Assembly: GCA_012295275.1 (NCBI GenBank)
Contig: CM022672.1
Span: 20,770,001 to 20,834,000, forward strand
Direction of reading: 5' to 3'
DNA: 64,000 nt
Origin: Chrysomallon squamiferum
Lineage: Eukaryota; Animalia; Mollusca
Part shown: positions 44,401 through 57,500 of the stretch, in pieces
How positions within the stretch are numbered: the stretch's first letter is position 1
How the letters are laid out: each line of letters starts with the position of its first letter
Position numbers and translations under genes: made by a program
Notes under the pieces: generated by a model
The model's input: only the letters and a program-made list of their open reading frames with translations
Database searches by the model: none
Told to the model about the DNA's origin: nothing

Positions 44401-47400
44401 TTATCAGTCAGTGTGGAAACTTTCTGAAATGATTCTTCTCTGGCATTAGTTTACACTGATATTTTTGCTTATTTAATAAAATATTTTACCTTCTGTTTGA
44501 CTGAAATCAGCACTTGAAGGTTTAATCCACACATTCAGGATGTTAGGCAATGGACCATGACCAACCTTCACTGTGACAACAGTGCCAGTTGGCAAATATA
44601 TCTAAATAAAATACAACAGTTTGTACATTAACATAAACTGTCTTTACATTGAACACTAATCAATCTAAGTAAAGTACAATAGTTTGTACATTAACATAAA
44701 CTGTCTTTACATTTAACACTAACTAATCAATCTAAGTAAAGTACAATAGATTGTACATTGTGACAGAACCTCATTAGTTCATCTTTGGCAGGCTTGTTTT
44801 TATTCATAATTTTGTAATCTATGTAGTGAATTATATAATATTCACAAAACACTTATTTTTTTATTCCCATCGAAAGAAGATTGCCTGATACATTTTATAT
44901 TATAGTGTATATTAATTAGCATTTATACAGATGTAAACATTTTATAATACAGGTAATTTAACAGAGATACAATTTTACTAAAACTAAAACCAGCTGACAA
45001 ACTAACCATGTATTTTGATCCATCAGCAATTCTTCTCACACGGGTCCCTGCAGTTAATTCCCCTTTCTTGAACAGAGTAACCTTCAGAGGAATTTTTTTA
45101 CTGGATGATAAAACAAGTTTACACCTGTCAATCAAGATGACATCATCACCTGACTTCACAGCCACAGCACAGGCACATGGCAGTCGGCCATCATAGCTTT
45201 GATAAAAGGTTCTCACCTGAAATAAAAACCAGTCTCATCTGTTTCATTTTTCAATCATATGAATCATTTTTATACTTTATCATTGTTCATCTTCTGTTAA
45301 ATAGCTGATGTGTTTTATAAAGAGTTTGTGAATGTTATCTTCTTACTGATAAATAACTGATGTGTTTTACAATGAGTTTGTTAATGTTATCTTCTTACTG
45401 ATAAATAGCTGATGTGTTTTACAATGAGTTTGTTATTGTTATCTTCTTACTGATAAATAGCTGATGTGTTTTACAATGAGTTTGTTAATGTTATCTTCTT
45501 ACTGATAAATAACTGATGTGCTTTACAATGAGTTTGTTAATGTTATCTTCTTACTGATAAAATAGCAATGATCTGTTATCTTCTTTTTACAATGAGTTTG
45601 TTAATGTTATCTTCTTACTGATAAATAGCTGATGTGTTTTACAATGAGTTTGTTAATGTTATCTTCTTACTGATAAATAGCTGATGTGTTTTACAATGAG
45701 TTTGTTAATGTTATCTTCTTACTGATAAATAACTGATGTGTTTTACAATGAGTTTGTTAATGTTATCTTCTTACTGATAAATAGCTGATATGTTTTACAA
45801 TGAGTTTGTTAATGTTATCTTCTTACTGATAAATAGCTGATGAGTTTTACAAAGAGTTCATGAATGTTATCTTCTTACTTATAAATAGCTGATATGTTTT
45901 ACAATGAGTTTGTTAATGTTATCTTCTTATTGATAAATAGCTGATGTGTTTTACAAAAAGTCCACAAATGTTCTTACTGTTAAAATAAAAATTCAGTTGT
46001 GTTTTATGAAGAGTAGCTAGATTAGATTATTGTATGTGTAAGAAAAACAAGAAGTAAAATTGATACAATAAAGAATTAAAAAAAATAAAATATATAAGTA
46101 TCAAACTGAAGTGTTCAATTTGTTATAAAAATTAATCTAAAAATCTCACCTCATATGGTAATGTTTTGTGTCGATAAAATACAAATTCACCTTGGTAGAC
46201 ATTGTCATAATATCTTATAAAATAAAATTAAAAAGAAATTAAAATTTAAAGAATATTAACATGTACTCATTTTGTTAAAGTTTCTTCAAATTGTTTTAGA
46301 ATCAGTGTATGTTGTTCATACTGTTTGAGCACATGATTTCGTTTTAAAATATTTGACATAAATATATATATATATATAATATATATTCTTATAGGTGAAA
46401 AGAAAGGCATATATGTGGCTGAATAAGTTTATATACAAATATCTAAATACTGTTTTTGAATTTCACTCAAAAATGTTATTAACTTTTGTTCCAACCCAAT
46501 ACATTATAAATAAAAAAATGTTTACATACAGTCTATTAAAAAAACATTGTAGTGTATATCTGTAAGAGGAGTTTTGACAGATATTCTCTATATCATCAAA
46601 CAAATTGTTATGTTTACTGTGCTGTGGTTAACCAAATTTAACAGAAATGTTTGACAGTACTTGTTATAAACACAGCTATTTTAAATATATAGTCTGAAAG
46701 TACCTTCCATCAAATGTTGTGATATGAGAAGAACCCACAGACTTGCAGACAGCAGTGTGATCCCTGTCAACAACAGTCACCTGGCAACAGATTAATTAAA
46801 CACTACACATCAGTGTTCATACAAAACACTTCACATCAGTGTTCATACAAAACACTTCACATCAATGTTCATACAAAACAATTCACATCAGTGTTCATAC
46901 AAAACACTTCACATCAGTGTTCATAAAAAACACTTCACATCAGTGTTTATACAAAGCACTTCACATCAATGTTCATACAAAACAATTCACATTAGTGTTT
47001 ATACAAAACACTTCACATCAGTGTTCATACAAAACAATTCACATCAATGTTCATAAAAAACACTTCACACCAGTGTTTATACAAAACACTTCACATCAGT
47101 GTTCATACAAAACAATTCACATCAATGTTCATACAAAACAATTCATATCAGTGTTCATACAAAACAATTCACATCAGTCTCACACATACAACTTGTCATT
47201 ATGTAAAAAAATTGAAGTTTCAACTGAAGTGCTGTCACCTTTCTTAAGTCTGACTTACATAAAATGTTAGAAATGCTGTCAATTATGTTAAAAATCTGAA
47301 GTGCTGACTGATCTACATAAAACTATGATATGGTGTCAGTTTAACTCTGTTTGACTTATGCTAAAGATTTAAAGTGGTGTCAGTTATATGAAAAATCTAA

Positions 47401-50400
47401 AATGTTGCCTAACTCACATTAAAGGTTTGAAGTGGTGTCAGTTCTGACACTGAAGTGCTGAATGAGTTCACTTTGTACTGGAATATGACTTCTCGGATCT
47501 GGTTGCTGTCTGTCAGAGAGTCAACTGTGGCTTTCACAGTGATGTTCTGAGGTTGCTGCCAGTTGGATGTTGTGAACGTAGCAAAGCAGCAGGCCTGTTC
47601 TAGAGGGGGTGATGCATCAAACACAACTTGGTTCATGTACCCCCCAGACTGACACTGCAAGTCTTTATCTGAACTGTTTACACTCCAGTGAACTGTCACA
47701 GAGCAGGATGTTGACCCTGTCTCACACAGGAATGATGGTGGGAAGTTTGACACAATCTGAAAATCCTTCCCTGATTTTCCTTCCTCAATAGAGATTTGTC
47801 GTTCTCCAACAACCTAAAAAGGAAGAAATTTGAAAATCTATAAAGTTTTATTAACACAACAGCTGTTAACAAACTGCAGTCCATAACTCATTATTTTTCA
47901 TGAACATGATTTGTATAATAACATCACATTTTTATACAGGAACAAAACATTTTGTACAGTACGAACAGATACTTTATCCAACAAAAATACATATTGGTTT
48001 ATACTTCTTACAAACCTTCACTGAAAGTTCAATCTGATTGCTGCGTCTGAAGGCACCAACAGATTCATTGCAAGTTGCTTGTAAACATGCTGACACACCA
48101 CATGATATCTACAATTTATTAATAATGAAAAACTACATTTCCTTTTTTCAATATTTAAAAACAAATAAAAACAAAAATATAATCAAAGTGAATGTAATTT
48201 AATCTCCATATCATTAATAATTTCAGCTTCAGATGATTGTCACATCAACCTCAGGTTAAAGTTATGTTACTCAGTTAACACATATTGCAATTTCTTTTTC
48301 TCCAGCAATGTATAGTATTTAGATATTTAAATTTATCCAGCCTTACTATTATTAATACAAGAACTTCAACTGTAAACAAAACTAGAGACCTAGACTAATG
48401 AGAGATAAGGTGAACTGAGTGAGACAAAGAGAATTAACATTTTGTAATGTATTATGCTCTTAACACAAATCTGTTTAATAATTATTTACCCTTGTTCCAT
48501 ATTTCAGGTTTTTCAGAAATGTTCCATTCATGTAGACAACAGCTACTTTGTCTTTGACTACAACACCACTGATGTGATCAACAACATTGTTGTCAATAAG
48601 CCAGTCAATGTTGTAGGCAATGTCGGTGATGTCCAGTGTGGGGAATGAACACTGAAGTGTGTAGTTCAGTGAGCCTTGATGACGTGTAACCACTGCCTCT
48701 GGATTTTTTTCAATGATGGGAAAGTCTGCATTTAGATGGAAAAATCATCATCATCATCACCATCATCATTATTATATTCACTTTTAAATGATATTTTTAA
48801 TGAACCTTGTAATAGACAGATTTATTAAATTTATGTGTTATAGTAAAACCACTGATTAAGCCATCATGTTTACTAATTTTAAGATATAAATGTCATATTT
48901 GACTTTCAAAGATTTTAATATAAATGTCTAAACAATGTACTGTCCAATGGTATAGAGAACTTTTTAAAATTGTGATATATGTAAGTCTCTATGTTCCTTG
49001 TTCTAATACTGATTAATCACGAATTATTCATAAATTTTAATTTTGTTTGTGTTAATTCCAGAATAACCGAAGAGTCCTGAGAAAATATTAAAAAATTCAA
49101 ACCTGAATCACAGGTCCATTCCTCATAGCGATATCCAGACCACTTTACAAAACTGTTTGCTGCCAGTGACTGTGTCAAGTTGGACAGAGAACACACTCCA
49201 GCCTCTGGCACAAACTCAAGTGATCGACACAGGAACGATGTTTCCTGCAGACACAAGCGGCGACATTCACTTGCTGAGGAAACATTGCTGATGTCTCTCT
49301 GGTTGTGACCAAGAATAGCAAACCCAGGTTTGACAGTCCAGGAGATTCCATGTTTGTCACATGGATCTGATAAAAATAATCACATTTACAGATTTGTTTA
49401 ATAATGAATCTAAATGAAATTAATATTCATCAGAAAATATTTTAATAGAAAATTCAGCATATTCAAGGATATATTTCTTTAAAATATAAGAGAGAAAATA
49501 TTAAAATGTTTATGTGTAAAGTTAACTCACTGTTGTTACACATCCATTCATGATACTCCATGTCAGAGTTGACAGTGAGACTGGCAACATTTCTCCGTTT
49601 GTCTGAAGCTGACAGCAGACAGGTTTTTGATGTTTTATTAACACTAACAGATGAACAGATGTATGGACTGCTATATTTCTCAAGACAGGCCCGATGACAA
49701 TGTTCATAGTTTGACTCTGTTGAGTTGATTTCTTCCTGTGTAAAACCGGCAAGGAAAACGTCTGACTGTGTCATCCACATGAGTTCCAGAGATTGACAGG
49801 AATCTAAATATAATAAAACATGTTAATTTTAAATTAAATAAGCTAACTTTAAATAAGACAGGTTAATTTTCAATTAAATAAGTTAACTTTAAATCAGACA
49901 TGTTCATTTTAAATTAAATAGCTAACTTTAAATAAGACATTCATTTTAAATTAAATAAGCTAACTTTAAATCATACATGTTAAATTTGAATTAAATAAGT
50001 TAACTTTAAATCAACCATGTTAATTATAAAATAAGTTAACTTTAAATCAACCATGTTAATTTTCAATTAAATAAGTTAACTTTAAATCAAACATGTTAAT
50101 TATAAAATAAGTTAACTTTAAATCAGCCATGTTAATTATAAAATAAGTTAACTTTAAATCAACATGTTAATTTTCAATTAAATAAGTTAACTTTAAATAA
50201 GACATCAATTTTAAATTAAATAAGTTAACTTTCAATCAAACATGTTAATTTTAAATACAGCATCAAAGAAGATGATGTTTTTAAAGGTAAGGCAATGTCA
50301 CCTGGAGCTGTCTGCCAGGAAGTTACATTTTTTGTGGGATCACAGAAGTGTCTTGAATTGTTTGCACTGAACTCTCCCGCTTCATAACACTTGCCATCAA

Positions 50401-53400
50401 TTCGACATCCAGTGTTCTAAATTATATAATACCGTTAAGATCATAACAGTAAACATACACACATATACAACACAACCTACCATGATATCCAGTTTTCTAA
50501 ATTATATCATATCATTAAAAACACACATCAACATATGCACACACATATACACAAACACATGAACATACACAAATACACAAACACACATATAAAAATACAC
50601 ACATACACACTCACACTCATAAACATATACATGCAGGTATAATGTATGATGAGTACTGATTAAGAAACTCACTTTGTAAACACAGGACTGGTTGTTAGGA
50701 AAACACTGAAAACACAGAGAGTTGTACACCAGATATAGTGCTGCTGAACTCTTCATGTCTTTGTCATTCAGCACCTCAATGTAGTAGCTGCTGATAGTTG
50801 GTAGCTCACATGTCAACTCATTGATGCTGATGAAGTTAGCTTTTTTAATGATTGGGGCACCAACAGGCACTGATCCAGTTTCATTTGTCTGTGACAACAA
50901 CACATTTAAAATAGTATAACAGATGTGGCAATACAGTGTGTGACTATAACAGATGTTGTGTGTGATTATCACATGATAATTCAGTGTGTAGCTGTATCAT
51001 GATAATAGAATGTGATTAAAACACAGTAATAGTGTGTAACCATAATGTGATAAGTGTGTGATCATAATGTGATAAAGTGCGTGATCATAATGAGATAAAG
51101 TGCATGACTATGACAGGATAATAGAATGTGTAACCATAACATGATAATATACTGAATGACTATAACATAATACTGCTGTGTGATTATAATATGTCATAAC
51201 ACAGTGTGTGACCATAATGTGGTAATGCAGTGTGTGACTGTATTATTATAATACAGATTATGACTATATTATGATAATACATAGTGTGACATTGGCCATT
51301 GCAGGTTAATCATCTAAAAAGGATGATAAACAAACTGACCTCTGCTTTGGTAAATACACATCTTAGTTTCTCTGTATTATAAGTGTTTTTGTTGTAAACA
51401 GTGACAATGTGACATGAATCTTTGTAGATGTCACACATTCCATTGTTACCAAGGAAATACAAATTTGGTGGATCTGTTGTCTGGACAAAACAGTCAGCAC
51501 CAGCTGCTTCTGTTCCACAATCACAAGTTCCTAGAAAAAGTTTAAATTATAAATCATATCGTCCAAGAATCTAGTTTAAAATATAGTTCACATCTTCATA
51601 GAAACAAGATTATAATTAAAGATCACAACTTCCTAGAAGTATAGATAACTGAGTTCATAACTTCCTTAAAGAAAAATTTAATTTTAATTATTGTTCCTAA
51701 TTCAACAGTTTCTAAGCATGAAAAAGAGAAAATATTTAAATTTACCATTTTTGCAAGCAGCTATAATTCCTCCACAGTTTGCCAAACACAGAGTGTTTGT
51801 AATTTGTCGAGGAGGACTTGCAAATTGATATCCATCCTGTATTTCCCACAAACTCATGTTTCTACTCAGATGTATCAAACACTGCATTCTTACATTTTCT
51901 AAGGCTGTCTTGGTCCAAATAATATCTTCTGTGATCTGAACACAAACATATTTTAATTATTATTACTCTACTTACTTATATACCATTACATGTGTAGGCT
52001 AAACTGTCTCTATATATACAAGTCACTGTGTTATTTGTTTACAAGTCATTATATATTGTTATTATGCTTACAGATTATTCTGTCTTCATGTCATCATGTT
52101 AACATGTCTTTGCAAACTGTTTTAACTCTTTCAGGTTTTCATTCTTTACCAATATATTGACATACATATGCATGCATACATTCTCAAAAAGATACAAATG
52201 ACTTCGTTTTGACTGCATATTTTTACTGTTGTTGTTGTGGTAGTTGTGGATGTTACTGACATGTACCTTTAAATCCTGAACACAGGACTCAAGAGCATTT
52301 GTCCAGTGGATATCAGGCACTGATTTACATGTTATTGTAGCCAAGGTAGTGGAAAAAGCAATGTCACACATTCCTCTAACAAATAATTCTGGATACCTTT
52401 TGTTTGGTGTAGGCCAGCCATATTCCTGAAAATAAGTAGATAACAGTGTGGATTTCAAGATAATCATTTTTAATATGCATACTAACAGAACAAACTTTAA
52501 TAAAACTAGACAGATAACAGTGTTTGATAAAAAAATAATGAATATAACAATGATTAAGCAAGATGATGATATGATAATGTTTAAGAAAGATAATGATATG
52601 ATAATGATATGCCAATGTTTAAGAAAGATAATGATATGATAATATTTAAGAAAGATAATGATATGCCAATGTTTAAGAAAGATAATGATAGGACAATGTT
52701 TAAGAAAGATAATGATATGGCAATGTTTAAGAAAGATAATGATATGGCAATGTTTAAGAAAGATAATGATATGACAATGTTATGGAAGATACCTGTGGAA
52801 CTCGGTTGATATCATACTCAAAGTCAGGAAGAGAGAAAGTCACTGGATTCAAACACTTTGTTACAAACAGTGAGTTAGCAATCAAGTGATCTGTGATGTC
52901 ATTTCCTGAAACACAACATGTACTGATTTGTCAGCTGTATTCATGTAACACACTTAAATTTTATGAAAAACACATTTTAAATAAAACTGTCCTAGTGTCA
53001 TATATTTTTTCTGACCTAACTTTAGAGTCAGTGTTTCACTTCTGACTTACCTTTAATGTCAGAGGTACACAGTGATCTGTGATTTCCTTTCAAACATCTG
53101 TCCTGTCCATCAGTCTGACACAGACAAAATGTGTCCTCATGTTCTTTATCAGCCATGTCTTGAGAACAGTAACCAGTGTACAGGCTGTCTTTTGTCACTC
53201 TGTAACAGTGTAACACATATATATTTACTCTGTAACATAACAAGATAAGTAACATAAACAGTTACTTTGTAACAAGAGAAATAAAGTGTGACATAAACAG
53301 TTACTCTGTAAAAGTAACCAGTACTCAATAACAAATAGTAGTGATTACCCTGCAGCAGTAGCATATATCTGAGAAAAAGAAGAATATTTCTGACTTACCT

Positions 53401-54471
53401 CCAGCTTTTGGAAAATTTGTTTGGTTGATTAGCAAAGTTGGTGTTGCTGATGCCTGCTGGGTATTCATACAGTGACCCATCAGGCTGGGTAAAGTCATTT
53501 TGCTGGTTTCCATCAAATGTTCCACAAAGACCTGATAAATATTTAAATGTGATCAAAAGATTTTAAAAAAAATAAAAAGATAAAAATAATTCAGTACTGG
53601 AATAGTTATTATCTCTATCTGTAGAATGTTTCTTGATCAGCAAAATATATTTTTTATTATTACATATAACTTATAGATGCACATCACTTTGTGTATTGTA
53701 AATAAATTCAAATATCTCTTGTGCACTTCTAAAAGCAGTCTGTAGACACTAAAAATTAGAGTGGTAAGAGGAAGAATGAGTGGAAACATTATTTACCTTC
53801 TGTTTATTGAAATCCACTGCTGAGGGGGTCAGCCACACATTAAGAAAGTTGTATCCTTGTATAGCACTTCTGCTCACGTACACCATCATACCAGAAGGGA
53901 ACATTATCTGAAGATTATCATATTGTGATTACAAAAAAACAAGAACATATTATCTTATATTTACAGACACAAATACATCAGTATATTACATGATAGCTTT
54001 AAATACGATACCACCAAAATATTGTCCATTATTTATAAATGCACATACCATCAACATAATTATTTATAAAACCTGTATTATCAATATATTATCATAGTAA
54101 CATATCAGTTGTGACAAATAATGAATGAAGAAATGATAACTGAGCAATGTTGTAATTACCTGATACTCAATTCCTTCAAACTGACTGAATACTCGGAAGC
54201 CAGGAGTGAGAATTCCATTTCGAAACAGTTTTACCATGATGGGGTAAAATCCTTCTTTATTAAATGGTCCACACTTGTCAATAATGACAACATCATCACC
54301 AGCACGTGCTGCAACAGCACAGTTACAGGAAACTCGACCTGAACAGCTGCGGTAGAAAGTTCTCACCTAGAAGAATAAAAGAACATAAAATTAACATAAT
54401 GTTATTATTAACAGATGACTGTTTGTTTTCAGTGACCAATAACAATACAAATTTTTATAAACAATAAAAAA

Positions 54472-54502
<31 letters not shown>

Positions 54503-57500
54503 ATTCTCACCTCATAGGGCAAAGTTTTGTGTCGATACATAATGAATTCTCCTTCATAGTAGTTGTGGTAGTATCTAACCAACATAAAAGCAAATAAATA
54601 ACACAGTTATATAAACATATAAACAACACTACTTTATTAATACTATATACTAAATTGTATTATTACTATATATAAAACTATTATTACTGTATATAAAACT
54701 GTGTCATTACTATATATATAACTGTTTTATTACTATATATAAAACTGTATTATTACTGCATGTAAAACTGTATTACTGCTATATATAAAACAGTTTTATT
54801 ATTGTATATAAAGCTGGTATTATTACTATATACAAAACTCTATTATTACAGTATATAAAACTGTATTATTGCTTTATATAAAACTGTATTATTAATTTAT
54901 ATATATTTAAAACAGTATTATTACTATAAATAAAACTATATTATTACTCTATGTAAAACTATTATTACAACAAAAAAACACTATATATATATAATTTATT
55001 ATCATGTGCAATAAGATATGTTACTTACGTTCCATCAAATGTTGTCATATGTGGATCGTTGATAGACATACAGATGGATGGTCTATCCATGTTGACAATG
55101 GTTAGCTGAATATAGAAAACAAATGTGTGAAAGTTAACTAAACAAAATTAATGTTAAAATAAATATTTATCAGTTTTCTTAAACAACTTCAAGAAAGATG
55201 TATATGTCTAATGTTTGTGTACTACAAATCTGATATAATAATACATGATTCCAAAACAAAATTTCAACAGAAATTGATCAATTTCTAAAGTACCTTTAAA
55301 GACCAGACACATATGATTTTCTGCATCTCCCAGAGCAATAGTGCTTATATGATTTAAGAGTGAAGAAAATGAACAACAGAACTGTAGTAAATTGCAATAT
55401 GTATATTGTTTTTACAGACATTTATTAACTTTTAATCATTTTACCAGTGAAATGAGTAGTAGTATTACCAGTAAAATGAGCAGTAGTAATCCCAGTGAAA
55501 TGAGCAGTAGTAATCCCAGTGAAATGACTAGTAGTAATACTAGTGATATGAATAGTAGTAATACTACCAGTGAAATGAGTAGTAGTAATACCAATGAAAT
55601 GAGTAGTAGTATATTACCAGTAAAATGAGTAGTAGTAATACTAGTAAAATGAGTAGTATAAATACCTCAGACTTCACTGTAACAAGACTTTTCTCTAGAG
55701 TTGAATTGACAAAGTATTTCCTTGTTAGAGTGAACTGCCATGTTTGATCTGTGTCGTACTTGTTGTCGATGGTTGCTCTGATGTTGATGTTGAACTGTGT
55801 GTCCCACCTGTCTGAAGTGATTGCCACTTTACACAGCTTCATCTCCTCACCCTTCTCTGTAATCCTGACAGACACCTGTGGAATGCTGTTACCATCAGGG
55901 CATCTCACTTCACTGTTGTTACCAGACACACTCACAGCTAACTCCAGCGTACAAATGTCTGAATCAGACAGTCCCATGTCTCGACACAAGATGTATGGAG
56001 GAGCTGTAGCTTGCACTGCCATGGTAATACCATCTTCCCCTTCTCTTAAAGTGAGACTGCCTGAATTATCAAAGTTTTCTATCTGAAAGACAGAAGTTGT
56101 TATGTGCATGTTAATTACATCATTTTTCTAACTGGAACTCTTTATCTTTCTTAAAATTACTGGACAGTAAATTTTAGATAATATATTCAGTAAATTAAAA
56201 CATCAGTTTTTACCTTTATCTGAGCCTTGTACAGCTCTGACATGGCCAGGAGCCCTCTTGTGTTCTCACAGTCGTCTACATAACAAACACTAACAGCACA
56301 CTTAACCTGCAAACACAAACACATTATGTTATACACACTTAACCTACAAACACAAACACATTATGTTATACACACTTAACCTACAAACACAAACTCATTA
56401 TGTTGTACATGCTGAACCTACAAACACAAACACATTACACACTGAACCTACAGCACAAATACATTGTTATCATTCTAGTTTTACAATAATTTTGTGAAAC
56501 TCTTGAGTACTGTATCTATGACAAATACTAATATTATATGATGTTTCATACCTACGTATGACAAATTCAAATTTTATATCATGTTTCATAACTATGTATG
56601 ACATATACTAATTTTATATCATGTTTCATATCCATATATGATAAATACTAATTTTACTTACAGTTGAGTTGTCTTTCAGTGTGTTAGTATGTGTTTGTGA
56701 CAGAAATTCATCAGTGTTCTCTGTCATCCAGACACCATCAACACTCCACAACACATCATACTGAACATCTCGTTTGTTGTCTTGGAGACGTGTGAAGTGA
56801 CATCTGAAAGTATCGCTTCCTGGTCCATGGAACATTGGGATCAGGAGTGCTTTGTCAACACTGGGTCCATGACGGTCTGCAGGAGACCCTGAAACATTTA
56901 ACATTTCATTAGAACATTTTTAAAACTGTGACAAACAGAGACAAATGTCTAATTTTTACATCAAATAATTACTGAAAGATGTCAATGAAAATATTTTATT
57001 GGAAGCATTAATGATATTTCATTGTAAATATTCACTAAGAGTTCAGTGCAAATACCGTCTGTACAAATTCGTTTCTGATACTGCCAGCCAGGAGCCTGGA
57101 TCCAGTCAGAGTCAGATCCATTGGACAGGATGCAGATGCCTCGTGCTGGGTGAAACTTGACTGAAGTGCAGGCTTCATCAGAATCACAGAGTTGTTGACA
57201 AATGTCGGCTGTCCACACTTCATCTGTTATTTTAACATTGTTCTCCTGAGTCACGCGGTTTATCTGCACCTCCCATTTCTCCGTCTTACCAGCACACGGC
57301 TCTGATAAAAACATTGTTAAAACATGATTAGCATGTTTTTTAAAAAAAGAAAAAATTAAATAACTATGATGTTTGTTAACGGATAGTTGATTCAGAGAAA
57401 ATATCTACACTAATAGAATTTTTAAAGATCTTACTTTCATCTCATGTTAAACAACCCAAAGAGAACCTGTAATTAATCATCCATTATCAGACATATATAA

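Noticed and set aside
45295-45955. CRISPR-like appearance of regular repeats (also 5530-6270, 46805-47178, 59974-60320)
   Set aside because: These are head-to-tail units with no unique spacers and no cas genes, in a eukaryotic intron context, so they are minisatellites.
46839-47270. Repetitive ORFs (also 5970-6323, 11170-11531, 52609-52809, 55392-55628, 58575-58877)
   Set aside because: They are translations of intronic mini- or microsatellites, not genes.
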